Source: a virus (lineage: Duplodnaviria; Caudoviricetes). From it: 51,856 nucleotides of DNA. Made by a program: the position numbers and the translations under genes. Shown here piece by piece: positions 1 to 9,086 of this stretch. Every line of letters begins with the position of its first letter. The first letter of the stretch is position 1. The stretch is from positions 1 to 51,856 of the IMG/VR virus record IMGVR_UViG_3300025087_000092; one strand, written 5' to 3'. Below the pieces are notes generated by a model, which was given only the letters and a program-made list of their open reading frames with translations, was not told the origin of the DNA and made no database searches.

Positions 1-1146
1 AAAAAAATATTCTACTGCTTGATTTGTTGTTTGTTCATCGGCCCAATCAAATGATTTAACTACTAGCATTTTCAATGACATCGGGCCGCAAACATCTAAT
101 AAACTCATTAGTCTATCAGCATGTTCTGCAATAGGGTTAATTCGTTTACTTTGCAATGCAAAATGCATATTTTTTTCTATATCTATTAATGCTTTATCGG
201 CAGCAAGAAAATCTTGCAAATTTAATTCCATGCTAGTATTTTCAGAAAAATGATTTACTATAGCAAGCTTTATTAAATGGACTTTTTTTCGACCATAATA
301 ATATTTCAATTTTGGGTCATCATTTATACGATATGTATCTTGCTTATGTAATACCCAGTCTGTAAACCATTCTTCCGCATCCGGTAACATACGAACTTCA
401 CCAAATAATTTAGCTATGTTTACAAGATGCTTCTTCAATTCTATTATTGATTTTCTTTGCTCATCATCTATAATTATTTTTACAATTCTATGACGTGGTT
501 TTGCACCCCATATAAATATGACACGGCTTGTAAAGCCTTCATTAATCATCATATTAGATATATTTTGTTGTATCCACTCTGGTGTGCAACAGCCTAAGAA
601 ATTAATACACATATTAGCTATGTCATCTTTTCCTTGTGTTTTTGTTGAACGTTTAAAACTACCACAGTTATAGCCTTGTGTTAGAAAACGAACCAAGTCA
701 TTACTTTTATCTCTAAAAAGTGTTCCCATTTCTTCGCCAAGGCAAAAACTCATACTTGCATGAGTATAGAAATCTTTCTTTCCACCATTACTATATTCGA
801 CCGTTCTAGTAGCATTAACTAATTCAATAAATAATTGTTCTAGTGTTGTTGAATCAGGAGAAATATTTACTAAGCTTCTATATTTTGCATTTCCTGATTT
901 GTCCAAATAAACTTCCATAAGAAATTTCAATATTTCTGTTGATTTAACTGCTGGCAAAGACTTACCAACTGCCGGTTCGCCTACAAATACAATATAAATA
1001 TTTGGAAAGACTGGGAATTCTTTGTCTCCATACCACACTTTACGAGACAAACAACTTGCTATCATGTAATAGAAATTCCATGATATAAAATGGGTTGGAG
1101 ATTCCAAATCTTTTAGAAAAAAGTGATACTTTTCTATGTTGAGCAT
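1..1146 (-). CDS. DUF3987/YfjI-like P-loop ATPase, putative replicative helicase (5' part; continues at 51730..51673 across the junction, about 399 aa)
   Basis: Not in the ORF track; translated by hand from ATG 1146: MLNIEKYHFFLKDLESPTHF...PNIYIVFVGEPAVGKS (Walker A)...LGEEMG...INFLGCCTPEW...EGFTSRVIFI. Confidence 0.75.
   Translation of the reverse strand, partial: MLNIEKYHFFLKDLESPTHFISWNFYYMIASCLSRKVWYGDKEFPVFPNIYIVFVGEPAVGKSLPAVKSTEILKFLMEVYLDKSGNAKYRSLVNISPDSTTLEQLFIELVNATRTVEYSNGGKKDFYTHASMSFCLGEEMGTLFRDKSNDLVRFLTQGYNCGSFKRSTKTQGKDDIANMCINFLGCCTPEWIQQNISNMMINEGFTSRVIFIWGAKPRHRIVKIIIDDEQRKSIIELKKHLVNIAKLFGEVRMLPDAEEWFTDWVLHKQDTYRINDDPKLKYYYGRKKVHLIKLAIVNHFSENTSMELNLQDFLAADKALIDIEKNMHFALQSKRINPIAEHADRLMSLLDVCGPMSLKMLVVKSFDWADEQTTNQAVEYFF
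5..130. repeat. Terminal direct repeat, copy 1 (126 bp; circular assembly overlap)
   Basis: Identical to 51731-51856; an ORF reads through the joined ends. Confidence 0.95.
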
Positions 1147-1157
1147 TTGATAACATA

Positions 1158-1517
1158 TTAAAAAAAGTTACGAGCTACAAAATTAGCCCAATTAGTGTAA
1201 TATTTTATTCGTGGAAGATAGAAGATATTGCTATGGTAATGTGTGCCAATAATATCTATTTTTGATTTATTTAACATAACAGCTATAGTAACTTGTTCTA
1301 TTAAATTATTTGTCGCCATTTTACCATTGAATACAAGAAACCAATTAGCTAGTTTAATTGTATTTATAATAAATTCTGTATAATCTGCCCACGGTTTAGA
1401 TATATCACGTTGTAATTTTGGCAGTTCAACAATTGTATGTCCAAGTGAATGTATAAATTCATGCTCTGTTTGCGGATACATTATAAGATTTGCTGTAGTA
1501 GTTACAATGACTGACAT
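1158..1517 (-). CDS. Hypothetical protein
   Basis: 119-aa ORF tightly packed in the minus-strand operon. Confidence 0.6.
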   Translation of the reverse strand: MSVIVTTTANLIMYPQTEHEFIHSLGHTIVELPKLQRDISKPWADYTEFIINTIKLANWFLVFNGKMATNNLIEQVTIAVMLNKSKIDIIGTHYHSNIFYLPRIKYYTNWANFVARNFF

Positions 1518-1966
1518 ATATTTATAAATCTTTCAGCACGTTGCATAATTGCTGGATGAATTATTATATTTCGTTTATATCCAGTAATATACGCTGGCGC
1601 ATTCCAGAGTAAGTAGAATTCACGTAATGTTGGTTGACGATTATACATTCTTTTGAATGTTATTAATCTAGCTTCAATAATTTTTGTTGCAATTATTTTT
1701 GCATGCTTTGGATTAGCTGGTTTGTAATTATTTCCATTAGCATAATATTGCCAGTTCTTAGGTAAAATTTGATAACGACTTACTTCTTGTCGTCGACCAA
1801 TTTTACGATCTGCGCTGCAAAATGTATTAGTTGTTGGATTTGTTTCTATCCACGAAATTGCTTTAAGTAGTATATCATTAGTATAGCCATCAATAAATGA
1901 ACTAATTACTAATGGCACAGTCTGTTTGGTGAATAATTTATAAAATATTTTTAGCAGACTTCTCAT
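1502..1966 (-). CDS. Lysozyme-like/lytic transglycosylase-fold protein (candidate endolysin)
   Basis: LLKAISWIET (catalytic Glu helix), SRYQI..NW and LLWNAP resemble the AIxxxES / GxYQI / AWNxG motifs of the lysozyme-like superfamily. Confidence 0.55.
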   Translation of the reverse strand: MRSLLKIFYKLFTKQTVPLVISSFIDGYTNDILLKAISWIETNPTTNTFCSADRKIGRRQEVSRYQILPKNWQYYANGNNYKPANPKHAKIIATKIIEARLITFKRMYNRQPTLREFYLLWNAPAYITGYKRNIIIHPAIMQRAERFINICQSL

Positions 1967-2411
1967 TTATCTGCCTTTCAATTTCAGTTTGAATATCTGG
2001 TGGTTGATGATTGGGAGGTTTAATTAATTTTCCTGCGTTATCTATATAACTACCCGGTGCGAATTTGGCTAAATTATTATTATCAACTAACTCTTGAATT
2101 GGTTCATCATCTAAACCAAAAGATGATAGTGTTCCAGTTACAACTACTTTAAGATCAGCACAACCATCTACTGTTTCAATAAGATTGAATTTATTTGTAT
2201 CTTTTAATATAAAATGCTTTGAATTACTATTAAATTTAGTAAGATTTAATTCAAATCCTAAAGCTTCAACAGTTTCAAGAGCTTCTTCTAATATAAGCTT
2301 AGCTCGAAGAAATCTTAAAATGAGTGTTGGCTTATTTATAGGTGCATTTGGAACTTTTTGTTTTGCCAAATGCATGAATTGTTCGACACGTTTTTGATGC
2401 TTGGATTTCAT
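1938..2411 (-). CDS. MazG-like (PRA-PH/DR2231-type) NTP pyrophosphohydrolase
   Basis: RAKLILEEALE...ETVDGCAD (ExxE/ExxD metal motifs), NNLAK and GKLIKPPNHQPPD C-terminus. Confidence 0.85.
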   Translation of the reverse strand: MKSKHQKRVEQFMHLAKQKVPNAPINKPTLILRFLRAKLILEEALETVEALGFELNLTKFNSNSKHFILKDTNKFNLIETVDGCADLKVVVTGTLSSFGLDDEPIQELVDNNNLAKFAPGSYIDNAGKLIKPPNHQPPDIQTEIERQINEKSAKNIL

Positions 2412-2632
2412 AATTTAGTAAATTCTTGTTTTATGATTTCAAGAGCTTTTTCCCATGTTTTTTGGCCTGTAAAATTACTCAAGGCTATTCTTTCATAATA
2501 ATCAGCAGCTATTGGATCATTTGATTTTTTTAGCAAAGCATTTAATGCGGCATCAGCAGCTACTTTATGTGCAATTTCCTCAAAGCTTTGGAATTTAGTA
2601 ATTATTTTATCTTGCAATTCTGTCATATTCAT
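2408..2632 (-). CDS. Hypothetical protein
   Basis: 74-aa ORF with an ATGA-type overlap to the next gene. Confidence 0.6.
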   Translation of the reverse strand: MNMTELQDKIITKFQSFEEIAHKVAADAALNALLKKSNDPIAADYYERIALSNFTGQKTWEKALEIIKQEFTKL

Positions 2633-2873
2633 TTTGTGCTCTTTCAGTTAATTCACTAACGATTATTTGTAGTCTTTCTGCTTGCGGAATTATAACATCT
2701 AAAGCTAAACCAAGTTCTATAAAAAAATGCATGCTTAGTTTAGCATCACTATAATTACCAACTAAATTTATATAGTCCAATTTAATTTTAAGTTGATCAG
2801 TTGGTGTAATTACTTTGTTATTATTACTATTAATTTTTAATGATTCTTTAACGTGGGTGCTCATAGATTTCAT
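2607..2873 (-). CDS. Hypothetical protein
   Basis: 88-aa ORF packed in the operon. Confidence 0.55.
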   Translation of the reverse strand: MKSMSTHVKESLKINSNNNKVITPTDQLKIKLDYINLVGNYSDAKLSMHFFIELGLALDVIIPQAERLQIIVSELTERAQNEYDRIAR

Positions 2874-2884
2874 CTGAAATTTAA

Positions 2885-3124
2885 TTAATCATTTTTATGT
2901 GTTGGGAATCTTACTGGTTGATTATGAATAATATGACTTAAAACAACAATAAGATTCATCAATGACTTTTCATGTTTATCGAAGAACGCAAGCTTTTGCT
3001 CATATAAATAAAATCTAATTTTATGTGCTAGATTATCCATACAAGTGCATCCGATACCATGATCAGGATGATTTTCATCATGTTTAATGATTTCAGCTAC
3101 AGTATTCTCAAGTAATCCATTCAT
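2885..3124 (-). CDS. Hypothetical protein with His/Cys cluster
   Basis: HDENHPDHGIGCTCMD; 4-nt overlap with the polA stop. Confidence 0.6.
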   Translation of the reverse strand: MNGLLENTVAEIIKHDENHPDHGIGCTCMDNLAHKIRFYLYEQKLAFFDKHEKSLMNLIVVLSHIIHNQPVRFPTHKND

Positions 3125-5580
3125 AATTTTATTTCTTGTAATCCTTGTGGATTTTTCTTTTCATGATATGATCCCCAATTATATCCAACAGCAGCCTCAG
3201 ATTTCATCTGGAATTTAATTCCTGTTGGACTTATTAGTTGTTTTTCGATATGGCTTTTTATCTCTTTTGCTACAGTTAATTCGTTACCAATAGGGCATTG
3301 AGTTAATAAACTATCAAAGCCATTTTGTAGAATATCAAATCCCTGCAAAACTTGGTCTCCTTCATTTATTCTATTCTGCAATTCTGTCATAGCCATATTA
3401 GTTATAGTGCCTACAGTTGATTGTGGTATCCAAGCATAAGCTTCCTTGAATAACTTATCTCCCCATGGCATATTGAAATTGCGAGGAAAACCAAATAAAT
3501 TATGTAAGATTCTACCACGTTCAAGTTGATCTCTTATCATACAATGCCACTCGCGTAATTCTGGAAAAATACTATGATAAATACCAAGTATCTTTCCACA
3601 TTCAGCTAATGTTAAACGAAGCATACCTTCAGATTTAATCATTATTTGCATTTGTAACATAGCAGCATCAATATCATAATTACTGGAATGACATGTAAAT
3701 TTTGCTATGTAGTAATGACGGTATCTTGGATCATCTGCATTATCACTATCTCTAACATATTTTTCTAATTCTTTCCAACGTGGAATAGCAAGTAAATTCT
3801 TAATAGGAGAATGCAAAAAATGATCAATATCGTGTATATCTAATAATTTTGCCCAATGCATTGGAATTATGTGCATTGCTACATATACATGTGGTTTAAT
3901 TCCATATTTAAATAATGAACGAAAATTACCATCACGGCATAGATAAGCTACAATTAATGCCTCGGCTCCAGCTTGATCTATCTGAACGAATATCTTACCT
4001 GTATCTGGCTCAACAATATGCCTAAGTTTCTTGGACCAATTTTGCATATTGGTTCCAAATCCTTTGAATGTTGACCTGAATTTGAATAATGAACGCGATG
4101 CAAGTCTGAACGATTCAGTGCCGCCCACAAGCCAACTGCAAGTAATACGATCATTTTTAAATAATTTGAATTTTAGTGTGCTTCCTAATTTACTTGCTTC
4201 ACGAATTGCAATAATTAAACGTATGCTTGGAACATTATATTCTGCATGAAGTTGCAGTAAATTTATTTCACGTGTTGGATCATTAAATGGTTTGGGCAAA
4301 CCAAGATATTCATATAAATAATCACATACTTGATCAGAAGAACGTGGATTAAGTTGGCGATTAGTTACTATATTTAGCATCCGCTGTAATTGTTCTTTAC
4401 GTGCCTCAAAATTATCATACAATTTACATAATGCTTCAGTATTAACTTTTGCGCCTTTTAATGTCATCATCATGCAAGAATATACAGAAGCATTTGCTTG
4501 CTTTACACTATTTATTGCATTAAGTTGTTTGGCATAAATTAGTATTTTACTATATAGTAAAGCACTGGTGTAAATATCTTTACCATTATAATGCCATAAT
4601 GAATTATCCTGCGTGTCATCATTAGGTTCATATGTAGTCGCTTCATCTTTGTGAAAAGATAAATCTAAGTATAAACTAATACAGTGTCCTAATGATTTCT
4701 CAATTTCAGGATAACAGCGACAATGGGCAAGCATAGTATCAAAAATATGTTTTCCAAATAATATTCTATAATCATTTGCAAGAACAAGCAAGTCGAAAGA
4801 AATATTATGACCAACAACAACATTATTATTAATTGCAATAGTAAGTGCACGCAATATATTAAGAATTGCTATTTCATCATATGCAAATGTATTATTATAT
4901 CGTTTGATTGGAACTACGTAAATTTCGAATGGCGGAGAAGAACTGAAATAATAATCATTTTTGAAAAAACAAAAACCAAAACAAGTAATATTACGGTATC
5001 TGTCTGTTTCTATATCAAGAACAAATTTCTCATTTTTATGTGCTTGTAGTATATTTATTATTTCACCAGATGGTGAATATATATGGTAATTAGCTGCGGG
5101 ATACTGTTCAATACGGCCAGAACTATTAAGTATCCGAAGAGCTTTTTTAATATCATGATACAACCAAAATCTAAAATTATCACGGGCTGTTCTTTGATAA
5201 TCTTTCTCACTGGCTGCTGCATCTTCACTCTCCTTTTTTCCATACTTTTGTCTATCCATTGCATCTTGCGGTGCAAATGTTGGAATATAGCAAATATCAT
5301 TTATATAGAACGGTGCTCCTCTATTTGGAGTAAATGATTTGCTTGGCTGATATTTTTTATATGCTGCCTCTCCTAAGAGAATTACTACCTTAGTTTCTGG
5401 AAGAAGATCAGTATTAACAGTATTATCACGAATATCGCAATTAATCCTGGAAATAGGTAGCAAAATCTTTTCAAAAAATTGACCAGCATAACCTGATATT
5501 AATTTATTCTCATCGAAACGAGACGGTTCACCTAAAATTATTGTTAATCCATTATATAAATTTAATGGTGAATGATGCAT
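3121..5580 (-). CDS. polA: Family A DNA polymerase with N-terminal degenerate uracil-DNA-glycosylase-like domain and 3'-5' exonuclease
   Basis: UDG-like IILGEP / VILLGEAA / IPTFAP; Exo motifs LDIET, GHNISFD, YNGKD; motif A DQAGAE, motif B AKFTCHSSNY, IPQST, motif C NGFDS. Confidence 0.92.
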   Translation of the reverse strand: MHHSPLNLYNGLTIILGEPSRFDENKLISGYAGQFFEKILLPISRINCDIRDNTVNTDLLPETKVVILLGEAAYKKYQPSKSFTPNRGAPFYINDICYIPTFAPQDAMDRQKYGKKESEDAAASEKDYQRTARDNFRFWLYHDIKKALRILNSSGRIEQYPAANYHIYSPSGEIINILQAHKNEKFVLDIETDRYRNITCFGFCFFKNDYYFSSSPPFEIYVVPIKRYNNTFAYDEIAILNILRALTIAINNNVVVGHNISFDLLVLANDYRILFGKHIFDTMLAHCRCYPEIEKSLGHCISLYLDLSFHKDEATTYEPNDDTQDNSLWHYNGKDIYTSALLYSKILIYAKQLNAINSVKQANASVYSCMMMTLKGAKVNTEALCKLYDNFEARKEQLQRMLNIVTNRQLNPRSSDQVCDYLYEYLGLPKPFNDPTREINLLQLHAEYNVPSIRLIIAIREASKLGSTLKFKLFKNDRITCSWLVGGTESFRLASRSLFKFRSTFKGFGTNMQNWSKKLRHIVEPDTGKIFVQIDQAGAEALIVAYLCRDGNFRSLFKYGIKPHVYVAMHIIPMHWAKLLDIHDIDHFLHSPIKNLLAIPRWKELEKYVRDSDNADDPRYRHYYIAKFTCHSSNYDIDAAMLQMQIMIKSEGMLRLTLAECGKILGIYHSIFPELREWHCMIRDQLERGRILHNLFGFPRNFNMPWGDKLFKEAYAWIPQSTVGTITNMAMTELQNRINEGDQVLQGFDILQNGFDSLLTQCPIGNELTVAKEIKSHIEKQLISPTGIKFQMKSEAAVGYNWGSYHEKKNPQGLQEIKL

Positions 5581-5583
5581 AAA

Positions 5584-5853
5584 TTACTTACTAATAATTG
5601 AACCAAGCATTTGTTTTTTCAATGCACCAAGATAAAATATGCAGTCTATGATTTCTGCACGTAATTCAGGAAAAGCTGGCCGATCAAGAATATTATCGCT
5701 ATGTTCACGACTTCCAGCACAATATTTAATTATTGCATCTTGACAAAATTCACGTAAACACTCTATCATAAATGCACGTGAATTTTCAGGCATTAATTGA
5801 AAATCACATTCTGGAATAGTCAACGTAATCTTTATCTTTCGATTTTTGCTCAT
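5584..5853 (-). CDS. Small all-alpha (MazG-like) nucleotide pyrophosphatase-like protein
   Basis: KYxxGxxEH...ELRAEIIDCIFYL pattern; ATG 5853 preferred as start. Confidence 0.5.
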   Translation of the reverse strand: MSKNRKIKITLTIPECDFQLMPENSRAFMIECLREFCQDAIIKYCAGSREHSDNILDRPAFPELRAEIIDCIFYLGALKKQMLGSIISK

Positions 5854-6040
5854 AACCAAGTAATTGTTTGTGCACACTAATAACTGTAGGAAATGATGGA
5901 TCAAAAATTAACACAAAACCTGGTAAAATATCTTGTGTTAATATAGCTTCCGGAGATATATAAATTTTTTCTCCGTTTCCACTGGTAAAATATATTTTAC
6001 CATCAGCCAATTTTGCGCTCATGTTTTCTGTTAATTGCAT
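5804..6040 (-). CDS. Hypothetical protein (start may be ATG 6022)
   Basis: ORF fills the operon gap. Confidence 0.5.
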   Translation of the reverse strand: MQLTENMSAKLADGKIYFTSGNGEKIYISPEAILTQDILPGFVLIFDPSFPTVISVHKQLLGYEQKSKDKDYVDYSRM

Positions 6041-6155
6041 CAGTTAATTTGGACTTTCCGAGTTTATTAAGTGTTCCATAAACATAAGCATCTTTATGTT
6101 TGCCTGTTAAGCCTTTGGCTTCGCGTGATAATTTATTGTGTAACCATTTTGGCAT
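6003..6155 (-). CDS. Small basic phage protein (50 aa), missed by the ORF track
   Basis: Hand translation MPKWLHNKLSREAKGLTGKHKDAYVYGTLNKLGKSKLTDAINRKHERKIG*; fills the 6040-6133 gap. Confidence 0.7.
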   Translation of the reverse strand: MPKWLHNKLSREAKGLTGKHKDAYVYGTLNKLGKSKLTDAINRKHERKIG

Positions 6156-6366
6156 ATTTATTTTTTAAAGCAGCTATTTTTTCTTTACGGTCAAAAATTA
6201 ATGATACAATTAATTTTTCTAAATCATAAATCATAGAAGATGCTACTGATTCAGGCAATGCATTTACAATCATAAGACTTTTAATAGTGCCTATGTTACC
6301 TTTAACACGAAATATATAACTATTATATTGTCTTGCAATTATTTGAGCTGGAGTCGTTTGTCTCAT
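6133..6366 (-). CDS. Hypothetical protein
   Basis: 77-aa ORF with ATG start. Confidence 0.55.
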   Translation of the reverse strand: MRQTTPAQIIARQYNSYIFRVKGNIGTIKSLMIVNALPESVASSMIYDLEKLIVSLIFDRKEKIAALKNKYAKMVTQ

Positions 6367-6373
6367 ATTAATT

Positions 6374-6435
6374 AAAAAGGCTCCCTATAATGGTTTATAA
6401 TCGGGGAGATTACCTTACATAATAGGAAGCCTTTT
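6374..6435 (-). terminator. Long-loop hairpin followed by U-tract (terminator or attenuator-like)
   Basis: Minus-strand AAAAGGCTTCCTAT pairs with ATAGGGAGCCTTTT (one G-U), 33-nt loop, ends in TTTTT. Confidence 0.5.
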
Positions 6436-6478
6436 GGTCAGTTTTTAGAGGAATTATGTATTTTTTGCCTCCTTGAAA

Positions 6479-6946
6479 TTATTGAGCAGGCTTATCAATA
6501 AGCATAGAAATTTTTCTATTGTAAATAACAACTGGTTCACCCGTGTAAGGATTTAGCACGGGTTGCTTTGTTTCTTCATTAAGCATTTGTCGTGATTCTG
6601 ATTTGCAGACTGCTGCAAATTCAAGACCTTTCAACATGGCCGGTTCATAACCAGCTAAATCTTCAACTTTAATTTGTGGCATGCCAACCGCTTTATGTAT
6701 GCCATTAATAGCGAATAATGCTTTTTCACTTAATGAAGTATACTGTATAATTTCTAAACCATTAATATCAATAACTTGTCCACGCAAATTAATACCAGGA
6801 TGATTAATAATTTCTACTGTTGTAACCACCATTGGTTGCTTCTTGCTTGATAACTTTTTCTCTGCATCTGTAATGCGTAAAAAATATGCATCAAGTGGCA
6901 ATTTGATTTCTTCTGGACTAACAGGGATAGGATTATCTTCACTCAT
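6479..6946 (-). CDS. DUF669-like putative single-stranded DNA-binding protein
   Basis: LPxDxYxxRITDAEKKxSSKxxPMxxxxxEI N-terminus; lies next to the AAA_24 ATPase. Confidence 0.6.
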   Translation of the reverse strand: MSEDNPIPVSPEEIKLPLDAYFLRITDAEKKLSSKKQPMVVTTVEIINHPGINLRGQVIDINGLEIIQYTSLSEKALFAINGIHKAVGMPQIKVEDLAGYEPAMLKGLEFAAVCKSESRQMLNEETKQPVLNPYTGEPVVIYNRKISMLIDKPAQ

Positions 6947-6979
6947 ATGTATTTCTATTGTTTAACTAACTACTAATTA

Positions 6980-7714
6980 CTATTTCAATCCATAATATTC
7001 CGTTATTCTATTACAGACAAATAGCAAATCATTTTGAATTTTCGGTTGGAACATTTCAGCAGGTGACTTTGCTGCTGAAATGCCATCATGGCTGGTAAGA
7101 AAACTAAATGCCGTATTCGTCGTTCCAGCTTCGCGCATTACATCAGTCCACAAAACTAATGTAAACTCTTTTTCTATTTTACCTTCCCAGGCCTTACCCG
7201 AGACAGCACAGCGTCTGCTATGAAATTTAGTTCCATTTGGATTCATCATTTCAACTAGCTCGTCAATAGCTAAAATAATGATAAATTTACTAGTGTTCTT
7301 TTTAATGCGCTCCAGTAAATCAAATATACGTTGATTATATTCTTTATAAATATCATAACCTTTAAAAGTTTTACCACAAAGATTTAGTTGAAACTCACAA
7401 TATTTTGTAAAACTATCTAGCACTATGTATTTGATTTCTGGATCACGAAGTGCAGCTTGAATTGCTTGATCTATTTTGGCTGGTATTTCTTCAGTAACTA
7501 CTTTAGTAAAATTAAATGCATTTCGGAAGGGAAGTGTTTTGTTTTCAACATTAATAATGCAAGTTTGGGCGGGAGGTAAATTACGAATACTATAACTCTT
7601 GCCTGTTCCACTTCCACCTACAATAAGAGTTACTGGAAATGGTTTATTAATAACTGTTTTTTCTGCTGCAATTTTGTTCGCAGCCTCAATGATATTTATA
7701 TTATTATCGCTCAT
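6980..7714 (-). CDS. AAA_24/Sak4-like P-loop ATPase (recombinase)
   Basis: Walker A GGSGTGKS, INVENKxLPF, Walker B IVLDS, AKSPxxMF. Confidence 0.85.
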   Translation of the reverse strand: MSDNNINIIEAANKIAAEKTVINKPFPVTLIVGGSGTGKSYSIRNLPPAQTCIINVENKTLPFRNAFNFTKVVTEEIPAKIDQAIQAALRDPEIKYIVLDSFTKYCEFQLNLCGKTFKGYDIYKEYNQRIFDLLERIKKNTSKFIIILAIDELVEMMNPNGTKFHSRRCAVSGKAWEGKIEKEFTLVLWTDVMREAGTTNTAFSFLTSHDGISAAKSPAEMFQPKIQNDLLFVCNRITEYYGLK

Positions 7715-7743
7715 TATGTTTTTGACTTTGTGAATAGTTATAA

Positions 7744-7760
7744 AGCAACTGGCATGCCAA
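7744..7760 (-). promoter_or_regulatory. Sigma54 (-24/-12) promoter
   Basis: TTGGCATGCCAGTTGCT, GG-N10-GC; intergenic, 30 nt before the AAA_24 ATG. Confidence 0.8.
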
Positions 7761-7771
7761 GTTATAATGTA

Positions 7772-8680
7772 TTAATCTTGGAATGCTAATGGATTATAAG
7801 TAATTCTTTGCATATTTGCTTCAATAGCTTGTGTTTGAATCTGCTCCGGAAGCTTACAATAATCAAAGAACTTACACGGATAAAATCTGCCATTGCAACA
7901 AGTGAAGTTTGGCTTAATATAATGTGCATCAAGCATTTCTACTAACAATCCAATTTGCTGGTGCGCCCATGTTATAAATTCTTCCATTACTGATTGTGGG
8001 TAAGTTATAATTTGACTTTGCGATATTTGTAAACCATCAAATTTACCATCTTCATTAAAAGTATTTTTGTAGAGAAATAATCCATTAATTACTAGTGGCA
8101 AATAACCTTGTTTAGTTAATTGGTTATAGCACCAGCTATAAAACATGCCTTGAATAGATAATTCATATTCTTTGAAAAATTTACTCAAAGCACTTTGGCC
8201 TTTATGAAAAGGCGCATGTGTTTTATGATCAACTAAACAAACAGTGCCTTCATAATCTGATATTAAATCAATGGTGCCAACTAAATATATATCTGTTATA
8301 TTTGACATTGTTGTATGTTTTAAATATGGTATCTTGAACTTAACTTCAAGTACTGGTTTATTATCATTATCAGTTAATAATTTGAATGGATACCCTACGC
8401 GATAATAATAGCGAATTGACTTAATTAAATGTATTGGTGTTCGCCATTCATTTTGTGGAATGAATTGTGTATATGGTTCATAATAAGCTACAGCAAGATC
8501 AATAGCTTTAGCTAAGTTTTCCCCACTATAAAACGCTTTTAATGCACGATGCATTGCATTGCCGTATGCTGCTTTATATGATCCATCTACACTTTCTCTA
8601 TAACCTTGCACTACCATATAATTAAATCTACGCAAGCAAGCTGATTCCTTTAAAGCCGAAGCATCAATTAATATTTCCAT
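7772..8680 (-). CDS. Cas4/RecB-like PD-(D/E)XK exonuclease
   Basis: N-terminal Cys, GNAMH, GTIDL...LVDHKT, QGMFY, C-terminal C..C..C cluster. Confidence 0.88.
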   Translation of the reverse strand: MEILIDASALKESACLRRFNYMVVQGYRESVDGSYKAAYGNAMHRALKAFYSGENLAKAIDLAVAYYEPYTQFIPQNEWRTPIHLIKSIRYYYRVGYPFKLLTDNDNKPVLEVKFKIPYLKHTTMSNITDIYLVGTIDLISDYEGTVCLVDHKTHAPFHKGQSALSKFFKEYELSIQGMFYSWCYNQLTKQGYLPLVINGLFLYKNTFNEDGKFDGLQISQSQIITYPQSVMEEFITWAHQQIGLLVEMLDAHYIKPNFTCCNGRFYPCKFFDYCKLPEQIQTQAIEANMQRITYNPLAFQD

Positions 8681-8684
8681 ATTA

Positions 8685-8876
8685 TTACCATGTTTTTAAA
8701 TTGTGAAACATTGAATCTTCGCCTGTATAAACACAAGCAATATGCGGACCTTTATGACCTTTTGCTCTAGTGCAAACATAGCCTAGTCTGTCCAGATAAT
8801 CATAACCACAATTCCAAGCTTTATGTCTGCATAGCCTACGCTTAGCTGTGCATTTAATACGTTGATTTTTTTTCAT
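8685..8876 (-). CDS. Small Cys/His metal-binding protein
   Basis: CTRAKGHKGPHIAC motif. Confidence 0.6.
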   Translation of the reverse strand: MKKNQRIKCTAKRRLCRHKAWNCGYDYLDRLGYVCTRAKGHKGPHIACVYTGEDSMFHNLKTW

Positions 8877-9085
8877 AGATTTTCTCCATGTTTTGATAAA
8901 GAGTTAATAAATGGTTTTACTGCTGAATCAATTACTTTATCTGATTCAAACTCAATACCGCAGTTACTGCATACTTCTGGGCCATCTTTAATGTATGGCT
9001 GATCATCTTGTCTATTTAATCCGCCCAAATGAACATTAAAATAGTGTGGCATATCACAACGGGGGCAATAATATGAAAAATCCAT
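8873..9085 (-). CDS. Zinc-ribbon protein
   Basis: CPRC...CSNC. Confidence 0.65.
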   Translation of the reverse strand: MDFSYYCPRCDMPHYFNVHLGGLNRQDDQPYIKDGPEVCSNCGIEFESDKVIDSAVKPFINSLSKHGENL

Positions 9086-9086
9086 G

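Noticed and set aside
5-130. Terminal repeat as a biological DTR
   Set aside because: It falls in the middle of a gene and its 126-bp length resembles a k-mer overlap; best read as assembly circularity.
1938-5853. Z-genome (PurZ/MazZ/DatZ/DpoZ) system
   Set aside because: No adenylosuccinate-synthetase-like PurZ or HD-domain DatZ recognisable.
7772-8680. Cas4 as evidence of a CRISPR-Cas locus
   Set aside because: No array or other cas genes; sits in a typical phage recombination module.
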